Of a DNA stretch of 64,000 nt, positions 25,379 to 39,405 are shown one piece after another. The notes under the pieces were generated by a model. That model searched no databases. It was not told where the DNA came from and saw nothing but the letters and a program-made list of their open reading frames with translations. The position numbers and the translations under genes were made by a program. The DNA comes from Eledone cirrhosa (taxonomy: Eukaryota), in assembly GCA_964016885.1 (NCBI GenBank), contig OZ024748.1, positions 18,600,001 to 18,664,000 on the forward strand, given 5' to 3'. How positions within the stretch are numbered: the first letter of the stretch is position 1; every line of letters begins with the position of its first letter.

Positions 25379-25778
25379 CATTTTTATAGTTAAAGTCTGT
25401 CCCAAGCCAAGAAGCTCATGAGGCTGGAGTTTAACCTATTCCATGAGTCAGTAAGCAATGAAGAGTACAAGACTCATCCCTGAACAAAACACCACACCAT
25501 TCATTACATGTTGAAACTCCAGCAGCGACTGATACTAATTCCTTTCAGATGAAGTATCTTGCTCTAGGACACTACATGCTGCCTGCTCTAGAAATCAAGC
25601 CTACAATCTTCTGCTCCATGAGGCCAGCCAGGCCACATGCCTTCACATCTCTAGTTGAGAATTTAGTTCCTTTAGGTCAGGCAGTAAACTGGAATTCTTC
25701 ACTGATATAGCTTTACTTGTTATACTTCCCCATATGTGTTGATATATGCAAGCAGGGAAAAGCGGACGTAAAATGATC

Positions 25779-25779
25779 C

Positions 25780-25810
<31 letters not shown>

Positions 25811-25879
25811 ATATATAATGGTGTGTGTGTGTATGTATATATATATGTGTGTGTGTGTGTATGTATATATATGTGTGTG

Positions 25880-25918
<39 letters not shown>

Positions 25919-26177
25919 ATATATATATGTAATATGTATATATATGTGTGTGTGTATATATATATATATATATGTGTGTATATATATATGTAATATGTAT
26001 ATATATGTGTGTGTGTATATATATATATATGTGATATGTGTATACATGTGTGTGTGTGTATTTATATATAATATATTGTGTGTGTGTATATGTGTGTGTA
26101 AGTATATATATATATATGTGATATGTGTATACATGTGTGTGTGTGTATTTATATATAATATATTGTGTGTGTGTATA

Positions 26178-26208
<31 letters not shown>

Positions 26209-26272
26209 GTGATATGTGTGTGTGTGTGTATGTATTTATATATAATATATTGTGTGTGTGTATATGTGTATG
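25779..26272. repeat. (TA)/(TG) compound microsatellite
   Basis: Read directly from the sequence. Confidence 0.95.
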
Positions 26273-26724
26273 TGAGGGGGGGGGGGGGGGTTGTATGATG
26301 TAGAGAGCAGTTTACAGGTAAAGAATACCATTGATATCTACTGACACCTATTGTTCCTTTTATCTATTCCCAATCTCACTGGAATGTTAAGAGTGTGTGA
26401 AAGATAAGGTCTCCACCACCCTGTCTCTGCACCTCCCACCCAGCAGTATTTAGATTCAGGTGGTAAAGAGATGTAAGGAAATATTGTTATGAGTAAGGTA
26501 CAAAGATTGCCTGCCAGTTTAGAGAATAGCTAGAGTCAGTTAAATTCACCACCCCGCCATTGCAATCTCTTAACTGGTCTTTTATTTAATTAATTGTTGA
26601 TGAAAGACAAAGTTGACCTCAGTTGGATTTGAACCCAGTACAGTAAAAGATCAGATGTGAGGAATGTAAATATGATGTAATACAATATGGCAAATGATTT
26701 CCATTGGTTTACAGGTTCTAAGGT

Positions 26725-27230
26725 TGTTGGTGTCATGATATAATGCACCCAGTACACTCTGTAAAGTGGTTGGTGTTAGGAAGGACTTCCAACCTGTAGA
26801 AACTACAATAATCTCTCTAGTGCTGGTGTCGTGATATAATACACCCAGTACACTCTGTAAAGTGGTTGATGTTAGGAAGGACTTACAGCCATAGAAACTA
26901 CAATAACTTCTCTAGTGCTGGGGTCATGATATAATACACCCAGTACACTTTGTAAAGTGGTTGGTGTTAGGAAGGACTTCTAGCTGTAGAAACCATAACA
27001 ACCTCTAGTTCTGGTGCAACACAATATACTCTTAGTATACCCTCTAAGGTGGTTGGTGATAGTAAAGGCATTCAGCTGTAGAAACCATGGCTCAAAAAGG
27101 GTTGAAAAGACTCTTCAGTTACGTCAATGACTTGACAAACTCTCTGGGGTTGGTAACAATAAATACATCCAGTAGATTCTGTAAAGTGATTGGTGAAAAG
27201 AAGGGCTTTCCAGCTGTAGAAACCATGTAA
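26725..27230 (+). repeat. ~90-bp tandem repeat of the SINE A/C shared domain, about 5 copies
   Basis: CACCCAGTACACTCTGTAAAGTGGTTGGTGTTAGGAAGG..CAGCTGTAGAAAC repeated. Confidence 0.8.
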
Positions 27231-27344
27231 AAAAAGTGTTGAGATGCCTTTCGTTCTTCAAGGACAGTAAAACAAGTACCAGTCCATTACTGGGATCAAT
27301 TCTTCTTCTATATCCCTTTTCATTCCTTTGTATTACTCTGTCTT

Positions 27345-27519
27345 TGCTATCGGTAGAGGGTCGGACGCCATGCTTTCCAGCATAGTTACGTCCCTTTACG
27401 ATCTGAGTTCAAATCCCGCCGAGGTTGACTTTGCCTTTCATCCTTACGGGGTCGATAAAATAAAGTACCAGTAATGTACTGGATAATTGCTGGCCTTGTG
27501 CCTAAAGTAGAAACAATTA
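27345..27519 (+). mobile_element. SINE family B, young copy
   Basis: Near-identical to 40302-40485 and 58822-59003. Confidence 0.9.
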
Positions 27520-27659
27520 CTGTCTTTGTCTGTGGAAGAAATCATCTGTGTTCAGACCTGGAGAGAGATAAGTTCCACCAGGTTTAAAGTACTAAAGACA
27601 TGCTGTATGTCAATGCAGGGCCCCCACCCAACAACAGATCTATCAGGAGTTATTGATCC

Positions 27660-28392
<733 letters not shown>

Positions 28393-28548
28393 TGTTATAC
28401 TTTGGGAGGGTCATGTTGCCAATAAGAAACACACGCACCAGTTGCTTTCACTTCAATTTAATTTATTATATATTTTTAAAATTTACAAATTTATAAATTT
28501 CTGGTTGGTTGGTTGGTTCCACAACCAGATAGTTGTTTATATATATAT

Positions 28549-28593
28549 AGTCATAGTTCTTTCGTCACACACTCTGTGACCTCTTCAGTGACT
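28549..28593 (-). ncRNA. Intact-looking minimal type I hammerhead motif
   Basis: Reverse strand reads AGTCA-CTGAAGA-G-GTCAC-AGAGTGT-GTGAC-GAAA-G-AA-CTA-TGACT: perfect 5-bp stems I and II, CUA triplet. Confidence 0.8.
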
Positions 28594-28935
28594 GGGGATT
28601 TCTTTCTTCGTTTCTGTGCCTTTCCTTTCTTCTATCCTACGCCATTTTGTTTGTGTGTGGGTTGCGTGCTCAGTTTGCGCATGCGCCACATCCGGGTGTC
28701 TGTGTGTGTTTATATATATATCGTCCCACCCTTGCAAGCAGGGAAAAGCGGACGTAAAATGATGATGATGATGATATATATATACACACATATATATACA
28801 CATATATATATACACATATATATATATATGCACACATACATATACACATATATATATATATATATGCACACCTATATATATATATATGCACACATATATA
28901 TACACATATATATATATACACATATATATATACAC

Positions 28936-29005
<70 letters not shown>

Positions 29006-29183
29006 TAAAATAACAGATTAAAGTTTAAGCAAAGAATCGCTGCTTTCACCCTTAACGGGATCTTCTGAAACTAACAAAGTCAATCTGTAAACGCAGAAGT
29101 GGATATTTCAAAAAATGTTGCAACCGGAGGAAGACAGGAAGACGATACTTTGGTTCGTGGAAACGTTACACATACATACACAT

Positions 29184-29524
29184 GAAGGCACATGGCTTAG
29201 TGGTTAGAGCATTGGCCTTGCAATTGGAAGGTTGTGAGTTCAATTCTCAGACCGGGTGATGTGTTGTTTCCTTGAGCAAGACACTTTATTTCACATTGCT
29301 CCAGTTTACTCAGCTGTAGAAATGAGATGATAGGGACTGGGGTCCATATCATTACACTGCAAAGTGGTCATGGAGGTGCCATGGCAAAAAAAGCACCCAG
29401 CACCCACTGTAAATGAGGTTGGTGTTAGGAAGGGCATCCAGCTGTAGAAATCAAGCCAGAATCAGTTCCCGTCCCACCCTTGCAAGCAGGGAAAAGCAGA
29501 CATAAAATGATGATGATGATGATG

Positions 29525-29526
<2 letters not shown>
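29184..29526 (+). mobile_element. Full-length tRNA-head/CORE-like SINE (family A) with RTE 3' tail
   Basis: A box TGGCTTAGTGG, B box GAGTTCAATTC, CCTTGAGCAAGACACTT..CAGTTTACTCAGCTGTAGAAATG; tail matches the LINE end at 57977-58030. Confidence 0.9.
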
Positions 29527-29558
<32 letters not shown>

Positions 29559-29563
<5 letters not shown>

Positions 29564-29689
29564 AACCAGTAAGACCCCGACAGCTGAGCTCAAGCCGTTT
29601 CGACGGCTAATTCTGGACTAAATCATTTAGTCCAGAATTAGCCGTCGAAACGGCTTGAGCTCATCTGTCGGGGTCTTACTGGTTCCTAT
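29559..29689. repeat. 131-bp palindrome at the edge of a TA tract
   Basis: Centre at 29624, one mismatch; contains GTTTC-GACGGC...GCCGTC-GAAAC. Confidence 0.9.
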
Positions 29690-29765
29690 TACCCACTCTA
29701 CTACCTCAAGTATTGAGTACTTTGGTGCGTTATGGTCCACCTGGTTCCTTACCACATTTCCTTCG

Positions 29766-29811
<46 letters not shown>

Positions 29812-30054
29812 ATATATATATATATCATAAAACTAAGAGAACTTCAGGTAGATTGCCGTCTACAGGATTAATGGGGAGCAAGCTAATATGGCCACACCCT
29901 ACTTTTTGCAACGAGAGTATGTCTTTGAAGAATGAAAATATAGTTCTAAAGTTCCCCATGTGAGCTAGTTGTCGAGTGGCTTATTAGGACTTACAATCCT
30001 ATATTGCTATTAAAAATAACCCCATCCCCTCTCAGTAAAGTAGAAAATAACTTC

Positions 30055-30275
30055 TGTGGACTACTTATAACAGACATTTTGTGCTGCATAGACCTCATTA
30101 TAGTAGACCACGAGAGTCGTGACATTAACTTGGATGTGTACTTTTGGACAATACTTCAACTGTGTTAGTATCGGAAGCTCTCTGATAGGTTTGTGGTAGA
30201 GCCAGTGGCAGTGGAGACTTCTGGCGTCCTTGGACCCCAGACCACTCCTCTGTTCACTGCTATCAGGGCGGAGCA
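30055..30275 (+). pseudogene. Degraded restriction-like endonuclease region of an early-branching (CRE-like) non-LTR retrotransposon
   Basis: 30169-30249 translates as YRKLSDRFVVEPVAVETSGVLGPQTTP, resembling the KY..L...F.P.A.ET.G..G motif. Confidence 0.55.
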
Positions 30276-31079
30276 AGCTTTGTGAAAAGAAGGGTAGTAT
30301 TTATAACTATTTTCTACTTTAAATGGTTTCTGAAACTGATGGGAAGAATAGAGGACTGGTCCTTTTCTTTTTAGTGGCTTTGTGGAAAAAAGGAAGGACA
30401 ATATTTATGGCTATTTTAAAAGATTTCTGGGACTGACGGCAGTAATAAAATATCTTCATACAAGAGTTGGTCTTGTTTGGCAGGGAGTGAACTCTGCTAA
30501 AGACACTGAAGTATCAAGTGGTGGTATTGAGTTGCGTGGATTAAGACTACCACTCAAGAACAGGAATGGTATCTCCAGTGTACTTCCGGCTACCAAATTT
30601 CAGCTTCTACGACACCACTTTGTTTGACTGTAGTAGGAGATACACAGCGAGGTTGAATGTAAAATCACATGGTTACACAGCAGACTTCATAATAACCTAT
30701 GGCAGCTTGAAACAAATTGAAAATTAAAACAGAAATCCACCACCACCACCATCATCATTGTTTAATGTCCATTTTTCCATGTTAGCATAGGTTGGGCAAG
30801 ATGTTACAAAGCAAGTCAGCACTCAGCCACAGCCATTGTCCTTATAGACAAGCTGGAGTCATGCATCTTGATTAAGTACTGTCTTATATTTTACTGTGTG
30901 TAATGGGTTCATTTTATTCTGAGACCAGGACCAAGATTGTTGTGCCTTTCACACAACTGAACACTTCTCTTGATCTCATGTTTGACAGGATTTCTATGGC
31001 TGCATGCCTTTCCTAACATCAAGCATTTAACCATATGTACTGGGTGCATTTTATTGTGACTCCACCACGAGGAAGGTAT

Positions 31080-31115
<36 letters not shown>

Positions 31116-31175
31116 CACAGAGAGAATAGAAATAGAAGCTATGCTGTAATATTTTTTACTATAATATAGTCTAAT

Positions 31176-31385
31176 AATTGTTTCTACTTTCGGCACAAGG
31201 CCAGCAATTACCCAGTACATTACTGGTACTTTATTTTATCGACCTCCTAAGGATGAAAGGCAAAGTTAACCTTGGCGGGATTTGAGTCTAATAATGGGGC
31301 GTATAAACCCACTGAATGGAAAAAGATGGGTATAAAAAATATTGCAGTGTAGCTTCTATTTTTATTTCAATTCTAAACATATTTC

Positions 31386-31431
<46 letters not shown>

Positions 31432-31672
31432 AAACAGTTTAAGTTTGGCCATCAGGTATACATGTATCAAATAATAGCAATAATAATGATTTCTAGTATA
31501 GGCACAAGGCCAGTAATTTGGGGGGAGGGGAAAGTCGATTAAATCGACCTCAGTGTATTACTGGTGCTTTATGTTATTGACCCTGTAAGGATGAAAGGCA
31601 AAGTTAACCTCAGCAGGATTTGAACTCAGACCATAAATGGGCGTAATCCTCTGCTGCAAAGCATGGCGTCCA
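31176..31672 (-). mobile_element. Two SINE family B copies (31176-31286, 31489-31672)
   Basis: GGCACAAGGCCAG..TACTGGT..GGATGAAAGGCAAAGTTAACC. Confidence 0.85.
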
Positions 31673-32519
31673 ATGATATATGTGTGTATATATATATATA
31701 TACATATGTATACAGACATGCACAAACACACACAGACTTGCATGTGTGTATGTATGTATATACTTGAATGAATGTTTGTATATATATATAGATGTATGTC
31801 AGTTCCTTTTAAGAAGTGTTTTAAGAGGAAGTATATTTATTTTTTCTATATAATTCCATCTTTTCTCCTTATTTTTTTAATGTTTATATATATATATTTT
31901 ATTTTTTTTAATGATATTATTATTGTTGTTATTTTATTTATTCACTTTTACTTTTCCTTCTGAAATTAGAAAGGAAACTTGCGCTTGAATAATGAAGTGG
32001 TTAGTTATTTTTTACAACCAATCAGATGAAGTACTCCACCGAAATCAACGAATCGGTGGAGACTTAACAGCTAGGCTGTCATTTGAGTCTCACTTCCTAT
32101 ACTATGTTGACAATCTAATATAGCAAGAGGCTAGAGAAAGACCAAGGGAGTTCTTTACTAACAGGATTGTCTGGCCTCATTAGCAGCTAAAAACAGCCAC
32201 AATCACCACATCACCAGAAGAACTACAAATGGCTAATGGAGAAATAAAAAAAATAAATAGCAATAAAAAAAAAAAAAGAATAAATAAAATAAAGTCAAAC
32301 AGCAATAGATCTAATAAGTAAAACCTGACCCTCCAAACCTCCCGCCCTCCCACCTTCGAAAAAAAAACAAAAACAATTTAAATTTAAAAAAAAAAGTGAA
32401 AACAAAAAAAACAATCTAGAATACTTTTGAAAATTCAAATTACTGTTATATAAATATCTTGGTATATAATTAAAAGGGTGTGTATGTATATGTGTGTGTA
32501 TGTGTGAGTATATGACTGT

Positions 32520-32599
<80 letters not shown>

Positions 32600-33121
32600 T
32601 TTAGTATTCTTGAATGTATGTGTTTATAAATATGGAGAGACTGATATTAGTTTCAGGAAACATTTTTGTCGACATCAGAATTGAATAGAAAAGTGAAAGT
32701 TTTGTTTATTTATTCAAAAAATTTTTGACATTTTCTCAGTTACAGTCTTCCTATTAGGTTTGAATAAATTTGTGTGTGTGTATGTATATATATATATATA
32801 TATATCCTGGTTTCAAGAAAGCCTGCAGCAAAGAAATACACTTTCATATTTTGTATCTTCATCCTCATTCCCCCTTTTGCTCAACTATATTTCTAATGAA
32901 AGACTTCCCTATGATTTTCAAATCATTTTCAAAAATAATCAAGTATTTAGAAGGATTTGATTAAACAACTAACTTTCTCATTATTAACTCTTAACATCCT
33001 TAACAGGATTATGAATTCAAATGTTTACAGTATCTTTACTAGTGGAGATATTGTTGTGAAAATTTGCTGTATTAGACTAAAGACTTTAATTTTTAATGTG
33101 ATTCCAACTCGGTGTAAATAG

Positions 33122-33375
33122 TGGAGGTGCATGGCTTACTGGTAAGGGTGTTGGATTTATAATCATAATGTATTGGGTTCGATTTCTGAACTGGGTTGAG
33201 TGTTGTGTTCTTGAGCAAAACACTTCTTTTCACCTTGCGCCAGTATACTCAACAGAAAATGAGTTCCAGCAACAGCTGGAGGTTTAACCCTGCGATGGAC
33301 TTGTCTAGCAGTAACTTAATGCAACAAAAACTGGGATAAGTACCAACCTGATGACACTCCGAGCTTGTGACAGAC
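33122..33375 (+). mobile_element. tRNA/CORE-like SINE with a different 3' part
   Basis: TGGCTTACTGG, GGTTCGATTTC, TTCTTGAGCAAAACACTT, then CCCTGCGATGGAC..ACTGGGATAAG. Confidence 0.7.
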
Positions 33376-34839
33376 TTTAGAAACTAGGTGTAAATGGTTG
33401 CTGGGACATCAAGAAAGACAGTTTCAATAACTAGGTCAAATTAGAAAGTTAGTTTTGTTGAACACCCTGCCTAGAACAGAGATTGATGAAAGAATATTTT
33501 GAATAAGGTGGGCTACTGTGTATGCTGATTTTTAGGATTAGTACACCATATGTATGTCTGTATCGTAAAAGGTGAATAAAAGTGGCAGCAGGAATTGCAT
33601 CTGGCTGTAAAAAAAAGTCTTGTCCAACCCATGCCAACATAAAAATTCAGAGAAAAACCTTGATGATAATGCTTAGATCTGACATTCACAACTATAAAAA
33701 GATATTTAGCTGATGCAAAGTGTTTGCACCAACAGTTCAAAACAGAAATTTTAAAATTTGCACAACTATCCAACTCTTGAGCCAACTAACCAACCAACCA
33801 TATGTAAAGACATTAGATTTCTTCTTTTTTTTTTTAAGAAGAAAAGCTGGTTTAAAAATAACATTGTATTAGTATCATCTCTTCATTGACTGGAAAAAAT
33901 GTTTGCAATTACTCACATCTGAAAGAATTTATGATTTCAAGCAGAATACTTCATTAAAATGTAATTTTATAATTTTGTTTTTATACTCTTCCAAACAGAT
34001 AAAAATATTTTGTGATTTAAAAAAAAAAATGTTTGTATTCTTTCTACAGTGTACCACCTCACCCTAGTAAAGTCTTATATTAAATAGATGAGAGATGATG
34101 ATGAAGGGGGTGGAAATGGTAGAGGAAGGAAGTGGGTGGAAGAAAAAGAAGGGTTCTAAGGAAAAGCAGCAACAGCAGTAGTAATTACCATTCTATATTT
34201 GTTAAGGATTCTTTCTATCTGTGTTATTTCAGATATTTCTCAGTGACATACATACCTACCTACAAGATGGTGCTCCGAACTCACACCAGACACAAACTAC
34301 CATTTGCATATGAAAGGACTCAGTTTTTATCCATAATGGCAGTATAAATCTCTGCTAGATATATTATTTCTACCAAGTTCAACATTATTCCATTATTAAC
34401 CACTTCCAGGTAAACATATTTATTATTTTTACGTTTATAGAATTCTTCAGTTTTAATGTTTTATTTAATTTTTAGTAATTTGTTTTTATTGTTGTTGTTT
34501 AATCAAAGGAAGGAATGTAGTATTCAATAACCTTTTTCAGGGCCTCCTAGACTGCTGGGTGGAAGTGCTTTGACACTTTTCAAGACCTTGTAGGCTGCTG
34601 GGTAAAAGGGTAGTGTCTGAGACACTTTTCAGAGCCTCCAAGAATGCTGGGTGGAAGCAGTGTCTGTGACAATTTTCAGGGTCTCTGAAATTGGTGGGTG
34701 GAAGGGCACTTTTCATGCCTCTGTGACTGATGAAAGTACAGGGCCTATGGCTCTTATCTGGGGCCTCCGAGATTGCTGGGCAGAAGGTCAGCATACTGAC
34801 ATTCTCCACCCTGGCATAAGTGTGGACAGGGTGGGATGG

Positions 34840-35060
34840 GGGGCATGTTGTGACCTTGAGCAAGACACTTACTTCACATTGTCCCAGTCCACTCTACTGA
34901 CAAAAAAGTTTTACCAGTCTTGTCAGACACTTGGTCATGCTGAATCTCCCTGAGGGCATTAAGGGTACACATGTCTGTGGAATATTCAGCCACTTGTATA
35001 TTAATCTCATGTGCAGGCTGTTCCTTTTTAAACAACTCGAACACTCGTCGTTACAATTGG
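34840..35060 (+). mobile_element. CORE-like SINE body running into a satellite
   Basis: GTGACCTTGAGCAAGACACTT; its 3' part is also seen at 54395-54500 and 61575-61660. Confidence 0.65.
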
Positions 35061-36316
35061 TGGAGGTAGAACACACAACACATCCCTAACCATCTCACAA
35101 CTGATGGAGGTAGAACACACAACACATCTCGAACCATCTCACAACTGACGTAGGTAGAACACAACACATCTCTAACACATCTTACAACTGACAGAGGTAG
35201 AACACAACACATCTTATAACTGACGGAGGTGGAACACACAACACATCTCACAACTGACGGAGGTGGAACACACAACACATCGTACACCTGACAGAGGTGG
35301 AACACACAACACATCTTATAATTGACGGAGGTGGAACACACAACACATCTCTAACACATCTTACAACTGACAGAGGTAGAACACACAACAGATCTTACAA
35401 CTGACAGAGGTAGAACACACAACAGATCTTACAACTGACAGAGGTGGAACACACAACACATCTTACAACTGACAGAGGTGGAACACACAACACATCTCTA
35501 ACACATCTTACAACTGACAGAGGTGGAACACACAACACATTTCTAACACATCTCTAACAATCTCACAACTGACTGAGGTAGAACACACAACACATCTTAC
35601 ACCTGACAGAGGTGGAACACACAACACATCTCTAACCATCTCACAACTGACAGAGGTGGAACACACAACACATCTCTAACCATCTCACAACTGACAGGTG
35701 TGGAACACACAACACATTTCAAACCATCTCACAACTGACGTAGGTAGAACACAACACATCTCTAACCATCTTACAACTGATAGAGGTGGAACACACAACA
35801 CATTTCTAACACATCTCTAACAATCTCACAATTGACTGAGGTAGAACACACAACACATCTTACACCTGACAGAGGTGGAACACACAACACATCTTACAAC
35901 TGACGGAAGTGGAACACACAACACATCTCTAACCATCTCACAACTGACAGAGGTGGAACACAACAAATCTCTAACCATCTCACAACTGACAGAGGTGGAA
36001 CACACAACACATCTCTAACCATCTCACAACTGACAGAGGTGGAACACACACCACATTTCTAATACGTCTCTAACCATCTCACAACTGACAGAGGTAGAAC
36101 ACACAACACATCTTACAACTGACAGGGTGGAACACACAACACATCTCTAACAAATCTTACAACTGACGGAGGTGGAACACACAAATCTTACAACTGACGG
36201 AGGTGGAACACATCTCACAACTGACAGAGGTGGAACACACAACACATTTCTAATACATTTCTAACCATCTCACAACTGACAGAGGTGGAACACACAACAC
36301 ATCTCTAACACATCTT
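35053..36316. repeat. Variable 33-55-bp minisatellite, about 30 units
   Basis: Core ACAACTGACAGAGGTGGAACACACAACACATCT with optional CTAACCATCT blocks. Confidence 0.95.
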
Positions 36317-37320
36317 TTGTTTTTACTCTCCCAGACAATTGATTTTTTTTTTTTGTTGTTTTTACAAGGTCAACATTTTTATTTCATATTTTATCTTTTT
36401 TGATTCAGACAAAACTGATGATAATAATAATAATATTTTTTTTTATTAGCCACAAGGGTGCATATTGCTGGGGACTACAAGAATAAGAAACATGTGGGGT
36501 TTCCATCGACTAGTGGAAATGGGAAATGAACCAAGCAGAAAGTAGATATGACAAATAATGAAGATTTCTTGACTACTAATAATAATATTATTAATAATAT
36601 TATTAATGGTTTATTTATTAACTGTGACGGTTTACATAAAGTACAAGGCAATTAACTATTATTAATAATAATAATAATGATTTCTTTATTGGCCATATTA
36701 ATGCACAAGGGCTTGAACATAGAATACAGTAGACATAAACATAGTATGACTAATAATAATACTAGCAGTAGTAGTAGTAGTGTTAATGATGATGATGATG
36801 ATGATGTGTGTTCATTAATAGTAAAATGTCAGACAACAATTTTCAAGTTAACATATATCACTATGGTTTCTAACAACATGGCTGGACTGATTGATTGGTG
36901 GTTATTAAATAGTTGATGATGATGGCAGTAACTATATTACTGTTGATTATGGTGATCATATTAACGATTTAAATATTGATGATGATGTTGGTGATGGTGG
37001 TAACAATGTTGATGATGACGACGACCAGGGTGAGGATGATAATGTTGATGATGATGATGATAGTACTGTTGAGGTTGTTTAACTCCTAAGTTAATTTTGA
37101 TTAATTAAAAACATTCCAGTTATATCCATCTTTTCTCTTCTTTTGTCTTAGTAGACCTAGGACTACAGGGCAGGGAATTAACAGAGTTGTTAGAACGTCG
37201 GGTAAAATGTTTTGTTATGGCTCTCTACATTCTGAGTTCCAATCCCACTGAGGTTAACACTTTGCCTTTCGTCCCTTCAAGGTTGATAAAGTACCTGTCA
37301 AATACTGGGTTGATTCTTCA

Positions 37321-37355
<35 letters not shown>

Positions 37356-38527
37356 ACGTCCCCCTTTGTATTTGTCCCCTTCTTTTGTGCCCCTGTGGCT
37401 AATAAAGAAACATATCTATCTATATATATATCCTTCTCTGGAAGAAATCTACCATGTTTAGATCAGGAGAGGGTATGGGCTCTACCAGGTTTTAAAATTG
37501 CTCAAGACATGTTATATGTCATGACCGTGCCTCCTACGACGCCATCAGGAGTTACAGATCTATACATAAATACACACATATACCTAAGACTACATTATTC
37601 GATGTGCCCTGTCTTTGTTTAAAATAGTGTGTGTGGGGGAAGAAATATTTAGCTGCTATTTCTAGCACCTCCAACGACTATATATAGTTCGTGATAAGCT
37701 TATTGAGGTTGTTGTTGTTTAGCCCCTGGTCAACCCTGATCCATCAGACCTATGGTCAAAGACATTCCACTCATGGACATCCCATAAAATTTTTTTTTAC
37801 TTTTCTCATGGTAAGCAGGATTACATTATTTTATGTGTCTTTTCTTTGATTTGAGGGGAATTTAGTTGCTATTTCTAGCAGCTCTGACTACCATATTCTG
37901 TTCCTTCATTGGATCATTGATGTTGAGGTTGTTGTTGTTTAACCCCAGGTCAATCCTGAGTGAGCAGATTTATGATAAAAAACATTCCTGCTATAAATAT
38001 GTTATTTTCTTTCAGTGTAACCATGGTTACAGGGTTGCTAATGGTTCCTTCCTTTTTTAACATGGTAGAATGTGTTTTGATATAGATTTGATTCCTATTT
38101 CTAGCTGATTGAGTGACCACTTAGAGGCTCTCTTGTTAGCTCATGTAATTACTTGTAGTTTGGTAATGTACTGATTGACCCAATAACATCATTACCATCA
38201 TCATCATCATCATCATTATATAGAATCTTGAGGATTAGAAAAAGAAAGTGAGAGAGCAGAGAGAGAGAAAGAAAGGAATACAACCTAAGAAAGAGAGAGA
38301 GAGGGGGTGGATGAAAAGAGAGAGAAGAGGAGATAGTAATTAGGGAAAGAGATATAGTGATAGGTGATTAAACAGAAGCTGAGTGGGGCGGGGCACTGAT
38401 GAAAAACATAGAAAGATAAAGATATAGAAAGGAACATAAGGGAGAAAGAGTATGTGAGATAGAAAAGAATAGAAAAGAGGAGAGAGAAAGGAAGAGTGAG
38501 TGTGAGATAAAGGAAGAGAAAGAGAGA

Positions 38528-38575
<48 letters not shown>

Positions 38576-38819
38576 TTGAGATTTAATAACAGTAATGTGT
38601 CTAATTTGTATAATTATTACAGGTAGTAGATTGTTATTTGCACTCTTACCTGGTGAGTGATATAAAACAACCGCAACAACAATGAAACAACACATTGCTA
38701 TTGTTGGTTCATTGTCTAAAGGGTAAACTAACAAAACCTTAGCATTCTAATTTTAGATTTATGAGAGACAAACAAAGGGATTTTTTAGTGAGCTTTCACT
38801 TCTTTATGTGGTAGGTAGT

Positions 38820-39405
38820 GCTGATGTCATGAAAGAATCACCTTGTCCACCCTGTCTGATGGTGGTGGTACCATGAAAGAATCACCCAGTTCACCCTGTC
38901 AGGTGGTAGTGGCGGTGCCACAAAAGAATCACCTAGTCCACCTTGTCAGGTGGTAGTGCTGGTGCTAACAAAAAAAAGCATCCAGTCCACACTGTCATGT
39001 GGTAGTGGTGGTACCACGAGAAACCTCCACCTGCCCTTCCTGGTCTGATACTTTCCATGAAGTGGTTGGCATTAGGAAGGGCATCCATGTATAGAAACTC
39101 TGCCAAAATAGAATGTATGAGCAAGTCACAGTTGTCTGACCTGTTATGTCTAGCCTCTGTGAGACAACCCATCTGTCTAACCCAAGCAAGCATGTAAAAT
39201 AGATGTAAAACGTTGATAATGATGATAATAATTGTTTCTACTTTTGGCACAAGGCCAGCAATTACCCAGTACATTACTGGTACTTTATTTTATCGACCCC
39301 TTAAGGATGAAAGGCAAAGTTAACCTCGGCGGGATTTGAACTCAGAATGGCAAGGGCCGTAACTCTATGCGTCCGACCCTCTACCGACACTGCCAAGCCA
39401 CCAAT
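38820..39405. mobile_element. Family C (+) tail-to-tail with SINE B (-)
   Basis: GTGGTTGGCATTAGGAAGGGCATCC and a (GAT) tail, then the reverse complement of family B from 39229. Confidence 0.75.

Noticed and set aside
29038-29170. Two further hammerhead-like strings (CAGAAGA..GAAAG on minus; ..TCGTG-GAAAC-GTT on plus)
   Set aside because: Core substitutions and no stem I; too degenerate to call.
29184-29260. tRNA gene
   Set aside because: A/B boxes are present but run into a multi-copy SINE body; no complete cloverleaf or terminator.
35053-36316. CRISPR-like repeat with variable spacing
   Set aside because: The variable parts are themselves repeated blocks, not unique spacers.
38395-38415. 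CTGATGA..GAAAG (isolated CTGATGA also at 12917, 33348, 34726 and 55885)
   Set aside because: No stem II or stem I; chance matches.
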